Positions 63,780-64,000 of a stretch of DNA of 64,000 bases are shown here, in pieces. A program made the position numbers and the translations under genes. The DNA is from an uncultured Gammaproteobacteria bacterium. GTDB taxonomy: Bacteria; Patescibacteriota; Patescibacteriia; Magasanikbacterales; UBA922. Numbering within the stretch: the stretch's first letter is position 1; the number at the start of each line of letters is the position of its first letter. Under the pieces are notes generated by a model. That model was not told the origin of the DNA. It ran no database searches and worked only from the letters and a program-made list of their open reading frames with translations. The stretch lies in contig CAYSXR010000001.1 of the NCBI GenBank assembly GCA_964435035.1, positions 144,192 to 208,191 on the forward strand. The letters are read 5' to 3'.

Positions 63780-63808
63780 TTGACAAAAGTATATAGATGT
63801 GGTATAGT
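63780..63808 (+). promoter_or_regulatory. Consensus sigma70-type promoter (TTGACA-17-TATAGT, TGn-extended)
   Basis: acTTGACAaaagtatatagatgtggTATAGTac, 43 nt upstream of ATG 63851. Confidence 0.7.
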
Positions 63809-63850
63809 ACGTTGTTCGTAATAATAATTTTACACACCCTAACCAATAGT

Positions 63851-64000
63851 ATGCGTATAGCCATGATTGGACAAAAAGGTATCCCTGCAATCTATGGTGG
63901 CGTCGAAAGACACGTTCATGATCTTTCGGTACGCCTGGTTCAGCGTGGACATAATGTAGTGGTATATTCCCGAAAATGGTATACCACTGAGAATGGAATG
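63851..64000 (+). CDS. Glycosyltransferase (GT4/DUF1972-type N-terminus), truncated by window end
   Basis: Manual translation gives MRIAMIGQKGIPAIYGGVERHVHDLSVRLVQRGHNVVVYSRKWYTTENGM. Only 50 codons are present. Confidence 0.7.
   Translation, partial: MRIAMIGQKGIPAIYGGVERHVHDLSVRLVQRGHNVVVYSRKWYTTENGM

Noticed and set aside
1-64000. Alternative genetic code (UGA recoding, as in some CPR lineages).
   Set aside because: All recognisable housekeeping genes (pheST, pyk, ppsA, ATPase, rplT and others) are full length with standard stops and no in-frame UGA interruptions.

Overview
This is an AT-rich bacterial chromosome segment. The gene content and architecture look like a small-genome, CPR/Patescibacteria-like organism: many membrane-anchored hypotheticals, giant surface proteins, peptidoglycan hydrolases and few metabolic genes. 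That lineage call is inference only, since no database search was possible. Housekeeping genes I recognise are a phosphohexomutase, htpX-lemA, rseP, pheS-pheT, a P-type ATPase, pyk, ppsA, an ABC-F ATPase, infC-rpmI-rplT and smpB. RNA genes are tmRNA, tRNA-Lys(UUU) and tRNA-Asp(GUC). A surface-polysaccharide cluster runs from 55.4 to 64 kb (GT4 x3, Wzy/O-antigen-ligase-like), with a Wzz-like gene upstream at 42.2 kb. The most unusual feature is compositional. Strongly GC-rich coding blocks, with the excess concentrated at third codon positions, lie at 46.5-55.1 kb (five genes), 15.4-16.4 kb (two genes) and 19.6-19.8 kb (one gene). Most are preceded by an AT-rich spacer carrying a resident-type TTGACA-N17-TATAnT promoter, and the large island also contains a copy of a background intergenic repeat. 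That island encodes a bitopic coiled-coil protein, an OMP-like beta-barrel ending in Phe, and three paralogous Cys-rich lipoproteins with thrombospondin-type-3-like and Dictyostelium-CTDC-like repeats. It has no integrase or att repeats. Other points of interest: a palindromic MITE-like repeat family bracketing a GIY-YIG nuclease gene, with a solo copy at the island edge; a promoter-to-terminator candidate sRNA with a CCUCC loop; an unannotated 39-aa basic ORF; a tRNA-Asp inside a 14-bp extended helix; two giant surface proteins sharing a C-terminal multi-pass anchor module; a full-length PpsA fused in frame to a signal-peptide/lipobox protein; and several intergenic repeat families. No CRISPR array, rRNA, transposase or integrase was seen. 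All homology calls rest on motifs read by eye, and all composition statements are qualitative.
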